DNA from: Bilabrum cf. latius | Lineage: Eukaryota | DNA length: 64,000 bases | Reading direction: 5' to 3' | NCBI GenBank assembly: GCA_965178125.1 | Contig: OZ237768.1 | Span: 1 to 64,000 of the forward strand | Shown here: in pieces, positions 61,973 to 64,000 of the stretch | Numbering within the stretch: the first letter of the stretch is position 1 | How the letters are laid out: every line of letters begins with the position of its first letter | Notes under the pieces: generated by a model | Database searches by the model: none | What the model was told of the DNA's origin: nothing | Seen by the model: only the letters and a program-made list of their open reading frames with translations | Position numbers and translations under genes: made by a program

Positions 61973-64000
61973 GGCTCCACCGGGTGCACGAGGATGCGGG
62001 GCTTTGCAGCTGGCCAGCGGGCCACTGACGGGCTGGGGCAGCTGCACGGCATTCGACTCCACCGGGTGGACGAGGATGCGGGGCTTTGCAGCTGGCCAGC
62101 GGGCCACTGACGGGCTGGGGCAGCTGCACGGCATTCGACTCCACCGGGTGCACGAGGATGCGGGGCTTTGCAGCTGGCCAGCGGGCCACTGACGGGCTGG
62201 GGCAGCTGCACGGCATTCGACTCCACCGGGTGGACGAGGATGCGGGGCTTTGCAGCTGGCCAGCGGGCCACTGACGGGCTGGGGCAGCTGCACGGCATTC
62301 GACTCCACCGGGTGGACGAGGATGCGGGGCTTTGCAGCTGGCCAGCGGGCCACTGATGGGCTGGGGCTGCTGCACGGCATTCGACTCCACCGGGTGCACG
62401 AGGCAGCTGCACGGCATTCGACTCCACCGGGTGGACGCGGATGCGGGGCTTTGCAGCTGGCCAGCGGGCCACTGATGGGCTGGGGCTGCTGCACGGCATT
62501 CGACTCCACCGGGTGCACGAGGATGCGGGGCTTTGCAGCTGGCCAGCGGGCCACTGATGGGCTGGGGCTGCTGCACGGCATTCGACCCCACCGGGTGCAC
62601 GAGGATGCGGGGCTTTGCAGCTGGCCAGCGGGCCACTGATGGGCTGGGGCAGCAGCACGGCATTCGACTCCACCGGGTGGACGAGGATGCGGGGCTTTGC
62701 AGCTGGCCAGCGGGCCACTGATGGGCTGGGGCTGCTGCACGGCATTCGACTCCACCGGGTGCACGAGGATGCGGGGCTTTGCAGCTGGCCAGCGGGCCAC
62801 TGATGGGCTGGGGCTGCTGCACGGCATTCGACTCCACCGGGTGCACGAGGATGCGGGGCTTTGCAGCTGGCCAGCGGGCCACTGATGGGCTGGGGCAGCT
62901 GCACGGCATTCGACTCCACCGGGTGGACGAGGATGCGGGGCTTTGCAGCTGGCCAGCGGGCCACTGACGGGCTGGGGCAGCAGCACGGCATTCGACTCCA
63001 CCGGGTGGACGAGGATGCGGGGCTTTGCAGCTGGCCAGCGGGCCACTGACGGGCTGGGGCTGCTGCACAGCATTCGACTCCACCGGGTGCACGAGGATGC
63101 GGGGCTTTGCAGCTGGCCAGCGGGCCACTGATGGGCTGGGGCAGCTGCACGGCATTCGACTCCACCGGGTGCACGAGGATGCGGGGCTTTGCAGCTGGCC
63201 AGCGGGCCACTGATGGGCTGGGGCAGCTGCACGGCATTCGACTCCACCGGGTGGACGAGGATGCGGGGCTTTGCAGCTGGCCAGCGGGCCACTGACGGGC
63301 TGGGGCAGCTGCACGGCATTCGGCTCCACCGGGTGCACGAGGATGCGGGGCTTTGCAGCTGGCCAGCGGGCCACTGACGGGCTGGGGCTGCTGCACGGCA
63401 TTCGACTCCACCGGGTGCACGAGGATGCGGGGCTTTGCAGCTGGCCAGCGGGCCACTGATGGGCTGGGGCAGCTGCACAGCATTCGACTCCACCGGGTGC
63501 ACGAGGATGCGGGGCTTTGCAGCTGGCCAGCGGGCCACTGATGGGCTGGGGCAGCTGCACGGCATTCGACTCCACCGGGTGCACGAGGATGCGGGGCTTT
63601 GCAGCTGGCCAGCGGGCCACTGATGGGCTGGGGCTGCTGCACGGCATTCGACTCCACCGGGTGGACGAGGATGCGGGGCTTTGCAGCTGGCCAGCGGGCC
63701 ACTGATGGGCTGGGGCAGCTGCACGGCATTCGACTCCACCGGGTGCACGAGGATGCGGGGCTTTGCAGCTGGCCAGCGGGCCACTGACGGGCTGGGGCTG
63801 CTGCACGGCATTCGACTCCACCGGGTGCACGAGGATGCGGGGCTTTGCAGCTGGCCAGCGGGCCACTGACGGGCTGGGGCTGCTGCACGGCATTCGACTC
63901 CACCGGGTGCACGAGGATGCGGGGCTTTGCAGCTGGCCAGCGGGCCACTGATGGGCTGGGGCAGCTGCACGGCATTCGACTCCACCGGGTGCACGAGGAT
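61973..64000. repeat. 82-bp GC-rich tandem satellite, about 25 units, extending beyond the window
   Basis: Unit ctccaccgggtg(c/g)acgaggatgcggggctttgcagctggccagcgggccactga(c/t)gggctggggc(a/t)gctgcacggcattcga. The 82-nt period is visible in the ORF track offsets. One internally deleted 37-nt unit lies near 62385-62420. Confidence 0.98.

Noticed and set aside
61823-63994. Three long minus-strand ORFs (660-723 aa) and many 62-aa plus-strand ORFs
   Set aside because: These are artefacts of an 82-bp unit lacking stops on one strand. The period is not a multiple of 3 and all three frames give the same cycling peptide.
61973-64000. CRISPR array
   Set aside because: The repeats are head-to-tail with no unique spacers, there are no cas genes, and the context is eukaryotic.

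Overview
This is the left end of a compact, GC-rich eukaryotic chromosome, probably from a flagellated protist. It opens with about 1.38 kb of (CCCTAA)n telomere and five 54-bp subtelomeric repeats, followed by 13 tightly packed protein genes with few short GT-AG introns. An 82-bp satellite array runs off the right edge. The main result is that this nuclear genome does not appear to use the standard genetic code. The supplied ORF track is fragmented because TAG was treated as a stop. Reading TAG as a sense codon joins the fragments into long single-frame genes (up to about 10 kb) with sensible starts, signal peptides and intact domains. My manual count is roughly 130-140 in-frame TAGs across 12 of the 13 genes. 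All 13 genes end in TGA (11) or TAA (2), and I found no internal TAA/TGA in any final model. TAGs cluster in poly-Gln tracts and fall at positions where I recall Gln in homologous families. The best-supported code is UAG=Gln with UAA and UGA kept as stops, a rare decoupling of UAG from UAA. Gene models were built by hand and family calls come from motif recall, not database searches.
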